Made by a program: the position numbers and the translations under genes. A stretch of 63,640 bases of DNA, counting the filler, from Myxococcota bacterium (GTDB lineage Bacteria; Myxococcota_C; UBA6777), in assembly GCA_023150835.1 (NCBI GenBank). It is 3 parts of 3 records of this genome, joined end to end, with 100 filler letters (N's around TTAATTAATTAA, not from the genome) between each part and the next. Parts side by side here need not be neighbours in the genome. Positions count along the whole stretch, not along the records: positions 1 to 20,414 come from JAKLKB010000126.1; 2 more parts are not named here. One strand, written 5' to 3'. The notes under the pieces are model-generated. The model did not search any database, had not been told where the DNA came from, and saw nothing but the letters and a program-made list of their open reading frames with translations. Below, in pieces: positions 1-10,400 of the stretch; position 1 is the first letter of the stretch; every line of letters starts with the position of its first letter.

Positions 1-164
1 CACGACGCGCAGACGCTGCCCGTTCCAACTTCCCCCCGTTCACGGGGGGATTGAGGGGGGGCGACAAAAGAAACGGCGATCAGGCTAGACTATCCGGTGT
101 TTCCACCTTAACAAGGCGCGTATGGGGGCTGCCCCTACATTTTTACGATCACACGATGGGCGGA
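1..164. repeat. Partial copy of a dispersed REP/MITE-like element
   Basis: Near-identical reverse complement of ~40584-40770; contains hairpin CCCCCCGTTCACGGGGGG and terminal TATGGGGGCTGCCCCTAC. Confidence 0.9.
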
Positions 165-171
165 TTGCGTG

Positions 172-2154
172 TTACTTGGCGGGAGGGAGGGGAAGGCGGT
201 ATTTGCGGACTTCGGGTTGACGGATGCGATCTGCATAACGCTTTTCGACCTCGGCGATCACCTCGAAGAAAGCGGATTCCATCTTGGGGCCATCGTTTCC
301 TTGGAAGCCCTTGTTATCGACGTACAAGGTGCCTTTGTGACAGCCTTCTGCTTTTTCAGAACGCAAGCGCTTCGGATTGGCGGGGTCGGGGTAGATCCGA
401 TCACAAGAACCATGAATGCTCACACCGATCATCTTGGCAGCCTCTCCTACGGACATCAAGCCCGCACCTGCGGCCAACACCGAAGCCATATCGGGGCCGC
501 TCATCCCGTAGCCATGCCCCATGTAGATCACAGGATAGCGCTTGGTGGGGTTGGCGTGGAATCCGGGAGGCAGCACCACCGAATAGATCTGTTGGCGGCC
601 AAGTGCCTTAGACTCATAAAAAAAGTGGAGCGGTACCCCTTCTTGTTTTTCTTGATCGAGGGGGACTTTTTCAACATCTGCATCGGGCAATTGGTGCGCA
701 ACGAAACTGTAAAAAGAAAAGACGCGGTTGATAATACCCGATACTCCGTGGATATGGTCTCCATCCCCCGCAGCGATCTCTTCGGGGGTTGCGTTGGGAT
801 TACCGTACTGGATGTAGAGATGTTGGCCTTTGTCGCTCCAGTCCACTTTGTGCGGCTCGTACGGGCCTTTGCCTTCGGGCATCAAAGAAAGAAAGCGCTC
901 ATGTAGCGGTGCATGCTCCATCTTTTCGATACGCGCCCGAATCGCCCCAAGCAAGTTGATCCCCGTCACTTGGAAGTTGAGTAGATCACGGATACCGCCG
1001 TCGATATAGATGTTGAGACGTGAAAGTTGCGCGGGTGTCATCTTCAAGATCAACGAGTAGGGATCGTGTTTCATAAAGTTTTCATAGCCGGGCGTTTGCG
1101 TGAATTTCCCGTCTTTCTCGCCATAATCTCCCGTCCCTTCGACACCATCCAAACCAAAGTCTTTGTACGGTTCGCCTTGGTCGAACTGTAGGTTTCCTTC
1201 GAGGCCCTTGGGATTTTTGATGGGGTGATAGTTGTCGCCGTTGGGATCATCGCCGCCCGGGCCTTTTTGGCCTTCGGGTACACAGCCGCCCTTGCCGTCT
1301 TCGCGATCATCGCCACAACCATCGACGCCGACATCCTGATAACGCTCGTGAGGCGTGATCAACACAGGCTCTCCGTAATCTCTCTTGCCGTTGCCGTTTA
1401 GATCCAAGGCCAAGAAGACTTCGGTGGGGGCGTTGTGTAGCTCAGGCTTGTCGGGATAAAAAGTACCGCTTTTGTCCGTCCCATCGCAAAAAGTGATCAC
1501 ATCATACTCGCCTTTTGGGTTGTATTGATCGTGGTAAAACTTTTTGATGCGGATGGGATCGGCGCAACGGTCGGGGCGATCACGCCAATCTTTCGGTACT
1601 CCGGGCGGATAATAGGTGCTTTCAGGGTTGTAGTACGCAGGATTGCCAAACGCATAGAACACATCTTGCGTTGCGCGGATCAAGGAATTGCGATTCCAGC
1701 CGTTGTTACCGAGAGAACTGCTGTAGAACCAATTGTTAAAGTCCGAGATCAACTCAAACGGAAACTGTGGCTTCGGATCGACCGGCTTACAATAAGAGGA
1801 AGCCTCATTGAGTGTTCCGTCTTTCGCGGCCTGTTCGAGCTTTTTGAGATCACAAAAACCATTGGACACCATATTTTTGAGGTGCTGCAAAAAATAGGTG
1901 TGGTTGTTGAATCCACCCAGCGTACCGATGATATCGAACTTTTCATGATGCCGCAGCCCGAGCATCGCAGCAAATCCGCCGCCCATCGAGACACCCGCAA
2001 TCAGCCGATAATTCCACTGACGCTCAATGGTTTGGCCGGTGATCTCTTTCTTTTGGATGGGTTCTGTTGTGACGGTGCAGGCGGCCCCCCCAACGCACAA
2101 CACCCACAAAACAAACAACAAACACGCATGACGAGAGAAGCATCTAGTTTTCAC
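172..2154 (-). CDS. Alpha/beta-hydrolase (esterase) lipoprotein, apparently circularly permuted
   Basis: GTG start after GAAGGAG; lipoprotein-like signal (LCVGGAAC); RLIAGVSMGG nucleophile elbow; C-terminal VVLPPGF..RYPVIYMGHG; DLNGNG-type Ca loops. Confidence 0.75.
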   Translation of the reverse strand: MKTRCFSRHACLLFVLWVLCVGGAACTVTTEPIQKKEITGQTIERQWNYRLIAGVSMGGGFAAMLGLRHHEKFDIIGTLGGFNNHTYFLQHLKNMVSNGFCDLKKLEQAAKDGTLNEASSYCKPVDPKPQFPFELISDFNNWFYSSSLGNNGWNRNSLIRATQDVFYAFGNPAYYNPESTYYPPGVPKDWRDRPDRCADPIRIKKFYHDQYNPKGEYDVITFCDGTDKSGTFYPDKPELHNAPTEVFLALDLNGNGKRDYGEPVLITPHERYQDVGVDGCGDDREDGKGGCVPEGQKGPGGDDPNGDNYHPIKNPKGLEGNLQFDQGEPYKDFGLDGVEGTGDYGEKDGKFTQTPGYENFMKHDPYSLILKMTPAQLSRLNIYIDGGIRDLLNFQVTGINLLGAIRARIEKMEHAPLHERFLSLMPEGKGPYEPHKVDWSDKGQHLYIQYGNPNATPEEIAAGDGDHIHGVSGIINRVFSFYSFVAHQLPDADVEKVPLDQEKQEGVPLHFFYESKALGRQQIYSVVLPPGFHANPTKRYPVIYMGHGYGMSGPDMASVLAAGAGLMSVGEAAKMIGVSIHGSCDRIYPDPANPKRLRSEKAEGCHKGTLYVDNKGFQGNDGPKMESAFFEVIAEVEKRYADRIRQPEVRKYRLPLPPAK

Positions 2155-2497
2155 GTTGTCTCCTTCGGGTCGCCTCGTGGAATCCGAATGTTTCTCTCCA
2201 AAAGGGAGGAACTCGCGGTATGCTCTTGGATCGATCACCCAAGGCAGAGAGGCTCGGGCTTTCAAGGCGAATCCATCGCGGCATCGTAGAAAACGAATTC
2301 GATTCCGTCAAGGAACCTAAACTTAGGCAAAGATTCGAGTTGTGCTCGATTACGTTCTCTGGCAAATTGTCCCCAGAACGCACGACCAAGGCAAACCACG
2401 CGCACCACAACAGAAGCAACACCTTTAGATGCGACTTGCTTGGCCCTCGAAAACGAGCCTTTGCGCCTCGCATCCCGGCAAAGCGGAGACATTGCAG

Positions 2498-2902
2498 ATG
2501 CTCTACACATTACGCTGCCCTCATTGCGCTCGGACGTTGGAGATCGAAACACAAGGTTCGCCCCCCGAACAGTTTTGTATGATCTGCAACGAAAAGATGC
2601 TCTTGCCCGACGAGCAGCCCATGCTCGCACAAACCCAAGAGCGCGCCATCCTCGCAGAACTCACCGCAAGCGGACGCAGCCGTAACCGAATCTATTTCTT
2701 GCTGTTCGGTCTCATCCCCTTGTTTCTCGTCGTGGTGTGGTTTTTCGCCTTCGGCAAAGTCATCGACTTCTTCGAATGGCTTGGGATGCCTCGTGATTGG
2801 GCTCCCATCCTTGAGCCGCTCGGGTATGTCATCCTGATCGCTTTGTTTTGGCCCCTCAGCTATTTTTGGAAACGGTTTGAAGACAGCGAGAACAAGTGGT
2901 AA
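2498..2902 (+). CDS. Small zinc-ribbon membrane protein
   Basis: CPHC...CMIC followed by two hydrophobic helices; GGAG upstream of ATG 2498. Confidence 0.7.
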   Translation: MLYTLRCPHCARTLEIETQGSPPEQFCMICNEKMLLPDEQPMLAQTQERAILAELTASGRSRNRIYFLLFGLIPLFLVVVWFFAFGKVIDFFEWLGMPRDWAPILEPLGYVILIALFWPLSYFWKRFEDSENKW

Positions 2903-2939
2903 AAAGAAGGACGTTGCCCCCATAACACAGGAGTTGCCG

Positions 2940-3077
2940 ATGCGCCCAAGCGCCTATTTCGCGGATATCTCACCCCCAACGATCATGGACGGGCTGTTGT
3001 TCTTTAGCGGTCCTTTGATCCTTCTTATCGCGTTGCTGATCTGGTTGATTTGGACGCGCCGAAAGCGCGGGTTTTAG
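2940..3077 (+). CDS. 45-aa single-pass membrane peptide
   Basis: AGGAG RBS, ATG 2940, one TM helix followed by RRKRGF. Confidence 0.55.
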   Translation: MRPSAYFADISPPTIMDGLLFFSGPLILLIALLIWLIWTRRKRGF

Positions 3078-3111
3078 CCTTGTTCGGGCGGACGCATCCG
3101 CCGATGCAACC

Positions 3112-5298
3112 CTAACGTCGCAAGCAGTAATCGGGGGCAGGATCGAGGCCGTCCGATGCTTTGATCAGCTTGACCTGCCAACGCTTACGAAAGGCGTGCA
3201 GTTTGATCCCACAAGGCGCGAGATCTTCGCCATCCCCCACCAACACAAATGGTCGATTCAACCCTTCGGGTGACTTGACGCAAAGATATCGCGAACTTTT
3301 CGTAATAAAGCTGTAATCCTTGTTCAGACGAAATGATCCTCCGCTCACATCGATCTGCATCCATGTGTGACCGTCTGTCGGGCAGCGTGACCCCGCATCG
3401 CTCACGATCGGGATGCTTGGAGCAGGGCGGCGCGGCACCATCCGCCGCACGATCGGTCGTTTTCGTAGGCGGACTCGTGGGCGCGGTGGGACGCCTACCA
3501 CAGGCGGGTCCGCATCGCGCCTTGCCATCGGCACAACGCGCACAGCAAGAGCATCAGGCGGTGGGATGGGTTCTTTGCGAAGAGGTGCGATCTCACGCGG
3601 CAACACCGCACGCGACGGTTCTGGCCGCTGTGCCGATAGTTCGGGATCTCTTGATCCACGAGAAGGTGTCGTGGTTTTGAGCGGCCCAAAGATCATCTGC
3701 CCACCCAAGATCCCCAACAGCACCACCCCCACCGCAACAAAGAGCATCACAAGGCGCGAAGGCCCTGTGTTTCCGACATCTTCATCCTCATCGCCTCTTC
3801 GGCCTCGCAGATCCGACGAGTCTACCGCTCTTGATGCAGACGACGCAGAGACAAACAAGTCCTCTTGAAGAGAGGGTTGTTGAACAGAGGGTTGTTGAAC
3901 AGAGGGTTGTTGGGGCGAAGCTTGGGCTGTGGCGACAGATTGTGGAGGGGGAGCGGAAGATCTGTCCGAAGAAGAAGCCGATGGTGACGGTCGATTCGCA
4001 AGGGCCGAGGAGGCCGATGGTGACGGTGGGTTGGAAAGGGAAGAAGAAGCCGATGGTGGCGGTGGGTTGGAAAGGGAAGAAGAGGCCGATAGATTGGGCA
4101 GAACGGATGAATTCGATGGGACGGGCTGGCTTTGCGGAAAATTTCCCGTACCAGAAGAAAGCTCACCTGTGGGCAGATGGGATTCGGAGAGAGCGGAAGA
4201 AGCGGCCTGTCCGATGGATATCGGAGCAAGAGCAGCGGACGGCACATGAAACGCAGAGGGATGGGAAGTGAAGAGATGGGGTGACTCAAGAGGCGCGCCG
4301 CTCGCAAGAAAGGCGTTGTGCCGCTCAAGCTCTTGTAGGGTCTGCAACATCTCTTGAACGGATTGAAAGCGCGCTTGAGGGCTTTTGGCCATCACTTTAA
4401 GCAAGAAGGCATCGAACACTTGAGAGAGGCCAAGGTCAGGGCGATGCTGCACCAAAGAGTACGGCTCGCTGGACAATTTCATAGCGAGGATATGCATCGC
4501 GTTGCGCGGCTCCGTTTCATGGGGAAGACGAAACGGCGTATGCCCTGCGATCATCTCATAAAAGATCACGCCCATCGCGTAAATGTCCGCCCGATGGTCG
4601 ATATCGGCAGTCACACATTGTTCGGGCGGCATATACTCGGGAGTTCCGATCGCTCCACGCGTAAGGTTTTGCCCGTCACCTTCGACAGGTTTGGCGATCC
4701 CAAAGTCGATCACCTTAACGAAAAGGTCGGTTCCACCGCGTGATATCAAGAAGATATTTTCGGGTTTGAGATCGCGATGAACGACTTGGGCTTGGTGCGC
4801 GGCGATCAACGCAGCACACAATTGACGAAACACCCACAACGCTTCATGGAGCGGCAAAGGCCCGCGTGTCCCCACGCGCTCCGCAAGCGTCGTCCCCACC
4901 AGATGTTCCATGACGTAGTAATGCCCGATCTTCGGGACTTCACCAAAGTCATCAAAGATGCGCACGATGTGTTCGTTTCGTTGCGACAAAGACGAGGTGA
5001 TCTGAACCTCCCGCGCAAAGCGTTCAGCCACCGAAGCCCGTCGGAAGATCTCAGGAAGGATGAACTTGATCACACGACTGGCATCCATCTGAAGTCGGAT
5101 ATGCCGAGCTTTGTAGATGATTCCAAATCCGCCCTTTGCGATCTGCGCTTCAAGCAGATATTTCCCTGCAACCAACAGCAACGGGTGTTGGCAACTTCGA
5201 CAAAATCGCACATCACTTTCCGAACGCGGCTCAAACAAAAGTTCGTTGATCGATGTGTTGCAGTTTGGACAGCTCTCCATTCGGATCTGACTCATCAT
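3112..5298 (-). CDS. Hanks-type Ser/Thr protein kinase with N-terminal double zinc ribbon and TM segment
   Basis: CPNC..CRSC; KGGFGIIY, VIK, HRDLKPEN, DFG, GTPEYMPPE; Ser/Pro linker; TM helix. Confidence 0.93.
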   Translation of the reverse strand: MMSQIRMESCPNCNTSINELLFEPRSESDVRFCRSCQHPLLLVAGKYLLEAQIAKGGFGIIYKARHIRLQMDASRVIKFILPEIFRRASVAERFAREVQITSSLSQRNEHIVRIFDDFGEVPKIGHYYVMEHLVGTTLAERVGTRGPLPLHEALWVFRQLCAALIAAHQAQVVHRDLKPENIFLISRGGTDLFVKVIDFGIAKPVEGDGQNLTRGAIGTPEYMPPEQCVTADIDHRADIYAMGVIFYEMIAGHTPFRLPHETEPRNAMHILAMKLSSEPYSLVQHRPDLGLSQVFDAFLLKVMAKSPQARFQSVQEMLQTLQELERHNAFLASGAPLESPHLFTSHPSAFHVPSAALAPISIGQAASSALSESHLPTGELSSGTGNFPQSQPVPSNSSVLPNLSASSSLSNPPPPSASSSLSNPPSPSASSALANRPSPSASSSDRSSAPPPQSVATAQASPQQPSVQQPSVQQPSLQEDLFVSASSASRAVDSSDLRGRRGDEDEDVGNTGPSRLVMLFVAVGVVLLGILGGQMIFGPLKTTTPSRGSRDPELSAQRPEPSRAVLPREIAPLRKEPIPPPDALAVRVVPMARRDADPPVVGVPPRPRVRLRKRPIVRRMVPRRPAPSIPIVSDAGSRCPTDGHTWMQIDVSGGSFRLNKDYSFITKSSRYLCVKSPEGLNRPFVLVGDGEDLAPCGIKLHAFRKRWQVKLIKASDGLDPAPDYCLRR

Positions 5299-5328
5299 CT
5301 CACCCTTTCGGATCGCTCGGACATACCA

Positions 5329-6381
5329 TCAAAAAGCAACAAACAACACGCGGCTCTGTTCACCCAATCTTCGAAGCACGCCCACAGCCTCCGCCTGACC
5401 TGAAACGTTTCGTGTGTGCTTTGCGATCTTTGGGCGGTTTTCTGCTGCGTTCTTTTTGGGAGACAAGGTTTGCTGGGCCACCACCCCAGCCACCACGATC
5501 GCGATCCCCAGCCCCAACGCACTCATGCCGATCACCGTCATGATCTGGGCCGCCCCCAGATCGCCCGAAAACTGCTTGTCCGTATAAGCGATATTCTGTT
5601 TTGGATCACCCATCCGCGCATTGGCCTCGTTCTGCCGCACCAAACCAACCACCCCCAACGCGCCACCTGCCACGATCACCAAAACACCGCCAAGATAACT
5701 TGCCAAGATCAGCGGTGGGATCTGACGGCTTGTGTACATACGCCGCACCTTGATCTGGAACTGTGTCGGTGAAACATCCAGCAGCACCCGATCTCCGGGA
5801 GGAACCACCACGTCGCGGGTTTGAGCAGGGGTATCCGCAAAACGGATCGTGATCTGATAAGCCCCCGGGCGCACTTCTTCTGTAAAGTCCTTCTCACGGG
5901 CTTGTCTGTAGCGAAAACCTTTGACGACGATGCGTGCCTTTGGATCTTTGGACGAGATCACCAACGTTCCATAACGGATCTGCGCATTGATCTGATCCGC
6001 CATCAAGCGATTTTGCCGGCAGCGACGGGCTGCACGACAATATCCCTCGCGAAAAGTGATCGTCAGCATCTCGACCGCACGTTCTAAGAAAAAGGCTTTG
6101 GGTGCTTCTTGCGCCCCCTCCGCAGCACGTTGGTACGCCAACGCGCTGTAGCGCAAGTAACGCTCTTTGAGTAGCGTTGCAAAGGCTTTTTGACTGGGGT
6201 CTCGATCCGCCTGTTGTGCAGCAAGCTCATAACAAGACGCTGCTTGGGCATAAGCCTTCGCTTTCATCTGCTCCGCACAGGCCGCCGCACTTGCCTCTGC
6301 CTGACGCGCCACAGCGCAAAGCGAAAGGCCCAACACCGCGCAGCCGACAAACCAAAAAGACCGAAGCATCGGAACCTCCAC
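5329..6381 (-). CDS. Secreted TPR-like/PEGA domain membrane protein
   Basis: Signal peptide, helical Ala-rich region, GTLVISSKDPKARIVV..PGAYQITI PEGA-like segment, two C-terminal TM helices. Confidence 0.7.
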   Translation of the reverse strand: MEVPMLRSFWFVGCAVLGLSLCAVARQAEASAAACAEQMKAKAYAQAASCYELAAQQADRDPSQKAFATLLKERYLRYSALAYQRAAEGAQEAPKAFFLERAVEMLTITFREGYCRAARRCRQNRLMADQINAQIRYGTLVISSKDPKARIVVKGFRYRQAREKDFTEEVRPGAYQITIRFADTPAQTRDVVVPPGDRVLLDVSPTQFQIKVRRMYTSRQIPPLILASYLGGVLVIVAGGALGVVGLVRQNEANARMGDPKQNIAYTDKQFSGDLGAAQIMTVIGMSALGLGIAIVVAGVVAQQTLSPKKNAAENRPKIAKHTRNVSGQAEAVGVLRRLGEQSRVLFVAF

Positions 6382-7260
6382 TCAGGGGCGAGAAACATTC
6401 GGCATCGACGACGGCAATGACGCGGGCGGACGAGGTGCTGGTAAGAGCGGCGAAGACATACGAGGCGACGGAGAAGACGAAAAAGGTTCGTGTTGTGATC
6501 GCAGCGGTGGGGCGGGAGAAGGAAGCGATGGCGCAGGCAGCCGCGACGGCGCAGGAAAAAGCGACGGTGCAGGCGGTTGTGGCGATGTCGGCAAAGAGGC
6601 AGCACGCGGAGAAGGGAGCGGCGAGGGGGCGATGTGTGGAGAAAGCATCGGCAAAGAGATCGGCGCAGAGGTCGGAGAAAGCGGTGGGTTGGAGGGCGGG
6701 CGGTAAGCGAGACGCTTTTGTAAGGCAGCGAAGCGGGCTTGATCGATGCGTACGCCGCGTTTTTTTCGTTGTTCAGCCAGCCAAGCCTTGGCGAAGGCTG
6801 CGTATTCGGGGATAGCTTGGGCCGAAGCGGACTGGGCCTGTGGTGTTTTGGGAGCCGATTGCGCTTGCCATGTGTGGCGAAGCTGTTGGGCCAAAAGCTC
6901 GATCGCAGCGCGGCGTTGAACAAAGCGCACTTCTTGATCTTCGGAAAGCCCCAAACGACGGGCCTCCATCGAAAGCAGCCGCACGATCATCAATTCTTGA
7001 AGCAACGCTTTTTTCTGGGGCAATCCCAAAAAAAAGCGCTGGTGACTTGCGCTTTGTTCTTTGATGGCTTCGCGCAAAGCTTGGATCGTGATGACTTCTT
7101 GGCCGACTACCGCCAACACATCGGGATGATCCGCCGAAGGCGGCAAATCTTGATCAGGGCGACATCCAAGAAACAACCCAAGGCAACACGCCCCCAACCA
7201 CGCGATCGAGCTCCAAAAGGCCGATCGTTTCAAACGATCCACACGATATCGCTGTTGCAT
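6382..7260 (-). CDS. SurA/PrsA N-terminal-domain lipoprotein without obvious parvulin domain
   Basis: LFLGC lipobox; VLAVVGQEVIT..LLQELM..LLSMEARRLGL SurA_N pattern; Pro/Ser-rich tail; downstream of mfd. Confidence 0.65.
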   Translation of the reverse strand: MQQRYRVDRLKRSAFWSSIAWLGACCLGLFLGCRPDQDLPPSADHPDVLAVVGQEVITIQALREAIKEQSASHQRFFLGLPQKKALLQELMIVRLLSMEARRLGLSEDQEVRFVQRRAAIELLAQQLRHTWQAQSAPKTPQAQSASAQAIPEYAAFAKAWLAEQRKKRGVRIDQARFAALQKRLAYRPPSNPPLSPTSAPISLPMLSPHIAPSPLPSPRAASLPTSPQPPAPSLFPAPSRLPAPSLPSPAPPLRSQHEPFSSSPSPRMSSPLLPAPRPPASLPSSMPNVSRP

Positions 7261-7482
7261 CCAATCCTCTCAACACACAGCGCACCCGATTCTTGGTGCG
7301 CAGATGACACATCTACGATGCGAAGACCCCCAAAATTGGCTCATCGCTCCAAAGAAAGCAAGCGCCTGCTCGTTCGAAAGAACCCGACGCTGTTCGCCCA
7401 AAAGCGCCCAAGAAGGAACAAACAAGAGAGGAGCGGCGCAAGGGCGAAAACAAAGACGTGTTCACAAGCGACCCACCGCCGA

Positions 7483-10400
7483 TCACGATGCAGGACGCCG
7501 CAAGATCAATGTTGGCAAAGGTCGCAAGAAGCTGCGGATCGAAGCAAAGGGATCTTTTTTGTCCAGCGCAGCGATCGATTCGATGGCTCCTTGCGGCAGC
7601 AGCCGAAACAACGGTTCTTTCTTTTGAACTTCGGCCAGCAGGCGCTCGTGATCAAGCGGCGCTTGGGGATGAAAAAACACACGAAACTTTTCGCCCGAAA
7701 GCTCGCCTGATGTCGCAAACAACGCCTTGAGCAACAAGCGGATCTCCATGCTTTGGAACAGCCGCTCGCTCTCTCGTGGCAACGGCCCAAAGCGATCGAC
7801 GAATTCTTCGGATAGTTGGTCCAATTCGTCTGTATCAACAGCGGTTGACAAGCGTCGGTAGCACTGCAAACGCAACTGGATATCGGGGACGTAATCATCC
7901 GAGAGATAGGCATCGATCCCCAGCTTGACTTCGGGATCGATCTGCGCATCCACGGGCTTTCCTTGGAGTTCAGCCACGGCTTCTTGCAGCATCTCCATGT
8001 ACAACTCAAGACCGATCGCGTGGATGTGTCCCGATTGTTCCTTGCCAAGGAGGTTTCCAGCGCCGCGCATCTCGAGGTCATGGCGTGCGATCTCAAAACC
8101 CGCCCCCAACTCTGTAAAGCGCTGCAACGTCGCCAAGCGCTGCTTGGCTTCGGGGTTGATCCGCGCATCTGGCGGAACCAACAGCACCGCGTAAGCGCGT
8201 TCTCGACCGCGCCCGACACGACCCCGGATCTGATACAACTGCGCCAATCCAAACGCATCCGCTCGATTGACCAAGATCGTGTTGGCGCGGGGGATATCGA
8301 GCCCCGATTCAATAATCGAGGTACACAGCAAGATATTGTAGCGGCCTTGCACAAAGTCCAGCATCACCCGCTCCAAGTCTCCTTCTGGCATCTGACCATG
8401 CGCCACGATCACCCGTGCTTCGGGGACGATGCTGTGCAGCCATGCCTGCATCTTTCCGATATCTTCGACGCGGTTGTGAACAAAAAACACCTGCCCACCG
8501 CGATGCAACTCGCGCATCACCGCTTCTCGGACGATCTCATCGCTCAATGGCGCAACCGTCGTTCGGATCGCCAACCGATCCACAGGCGGCGTCGTGATCA
8601 ACGACAGATCTCGCGCTCCCACCATCGACATCTCTAACGTCCGTGGGATCGGCGTTGCCGTCAATGTCAGCACATCCACCTCACTGCGAAACTGCTTGAT
8701 CCGCTCTTTGTGCTTGACTCCAAATCGCTGTTCTTCATCCACGATCAACAAACCAAGATTCTTGAAATGCACGTCCCGCGACAACAATCGATGCGTCCCG
8801 ATCACCACATCGATCTTTCCTGCTCCCAACAACCGAAGCGATTCTTTTTGATCTTTCTCTGATTGAAAACGCGATAGCACCGCGATCTTGATCGGATACC
8901 CATCAAATCGCTCCATAAACGTTGCACCGTGTTGTTGCGCAAGCACCGTCGTCGGTACCAACACGGCCACTTGGCGACCGCTAAAAGCCGCCACAAAAGC
9001 CGCACGGATCGCCACTTCCGTTTTGCCATATCCGACATCGCCACACACAAGGCGATCCATGCATCGCGGAGATCGCATATCTTCCAATACGTCTTGGATC
9101 GCTTGGGCCTGATCGGGGGTCTCTTCGTAAGGAAAACGCGCCTCAAACTCGGCGTACAGCTCGGGGGATATCTCGATCGGCTCGCCCGAATGAAGCTGCC
9201 GCGTGGCATAGAGCTTCAACAAATCCCCTGCGATCGCTTGGATCGCTGCACGCGCTTTGGTTTTTTTCTTCTCAAAGGTGTTGCTTTTGAGCCGATCCAA
9301 CGGCGGATCGCCCCCGCCTGTATGCCGCTCGATCAAGTGCAGCTTGGTCACAGGCAGATAAAGGCGGTCACTTCCGTGATATTCTAGCAACAAAAAGTCC
9401 CCTCGCACGCCTTCCATCTGCACCGCATGTAGCCCCCCATAACGCGCCATCCCGTGTTCGCGATGGATCACCAAGTCCCCGACTTGAAGGCTTTGTAGCT
9501 CGGTCTCCAACAATATGCCTTTTTTCTTGGTCTTGGAACGTCGGGCTTTTGGGCCAAAGATCTCTTCTTCCGAAAGCGTCGCCAGCCGCGCCCGAGGAAA
9601 CACAAATCCCTCGGATATACGGCCCAAATAGATGCTGATAAGATGGCGTGGCGCATCTCGCCGAAACAACGACTCCATCGAAAAGCCGTCCTCGCAGATC
9701 TGCGCCGACATCGCGTACAACTCCAACAACTCGCGCAAACGCAACGCTTGCCCTTTTGTCCCACACGCGATCACCACCACCAAGCCTTCGGCTTGCCACA
9801 TCTTGATCCGCTCGATCAACGGCTGCAAACGATGCTCTTGCGATGCAGGGATCGAACGCAAAAGCTGCTTCAATCCCTCCTGCGACAACGACACATACGG
9901 CATCAACAACTCGCCCGCATCCCCAAAACGCACCCCTCCCACTTGACGGCGCGCCTCTCTCAAAAAAGCCGCTCTCTCCGCCTGCTTCTGCGCTTCATCC
10001 ATCACCACAGAAACAACAGGACCCGTCACACCGCCTTGCCCCGAGACAACGCCTTCTTGACTCCCACTTGCTCTACGAACAACCGCTGTGTCTTCTTCCC
10101 ACTCTTCGTACTCATCGGATGAATCAGAGTCGTCGCCTTCCTCGATATATTCTTCGCCCACTTCCAGACGCCCACCCACCGACCCTTCAGACCCAGTCAA
10201 CGTGTCGATCTCCGTATAGCCGTATCGACCGCCATACGCGATCTCTCCAGCACTTTCTCGATGGCCGATGCGCGGACCTCCCCCGTCCTCTTCGATCTCA
10301 TCCCCCCATTCATCCAACAACAGAGAAGATGAATCCTCCCATCCTTCCGAGCTATCCATCCCCATCTCATCCAAACCGCCGTACTCATCGGTGCTTTTCC

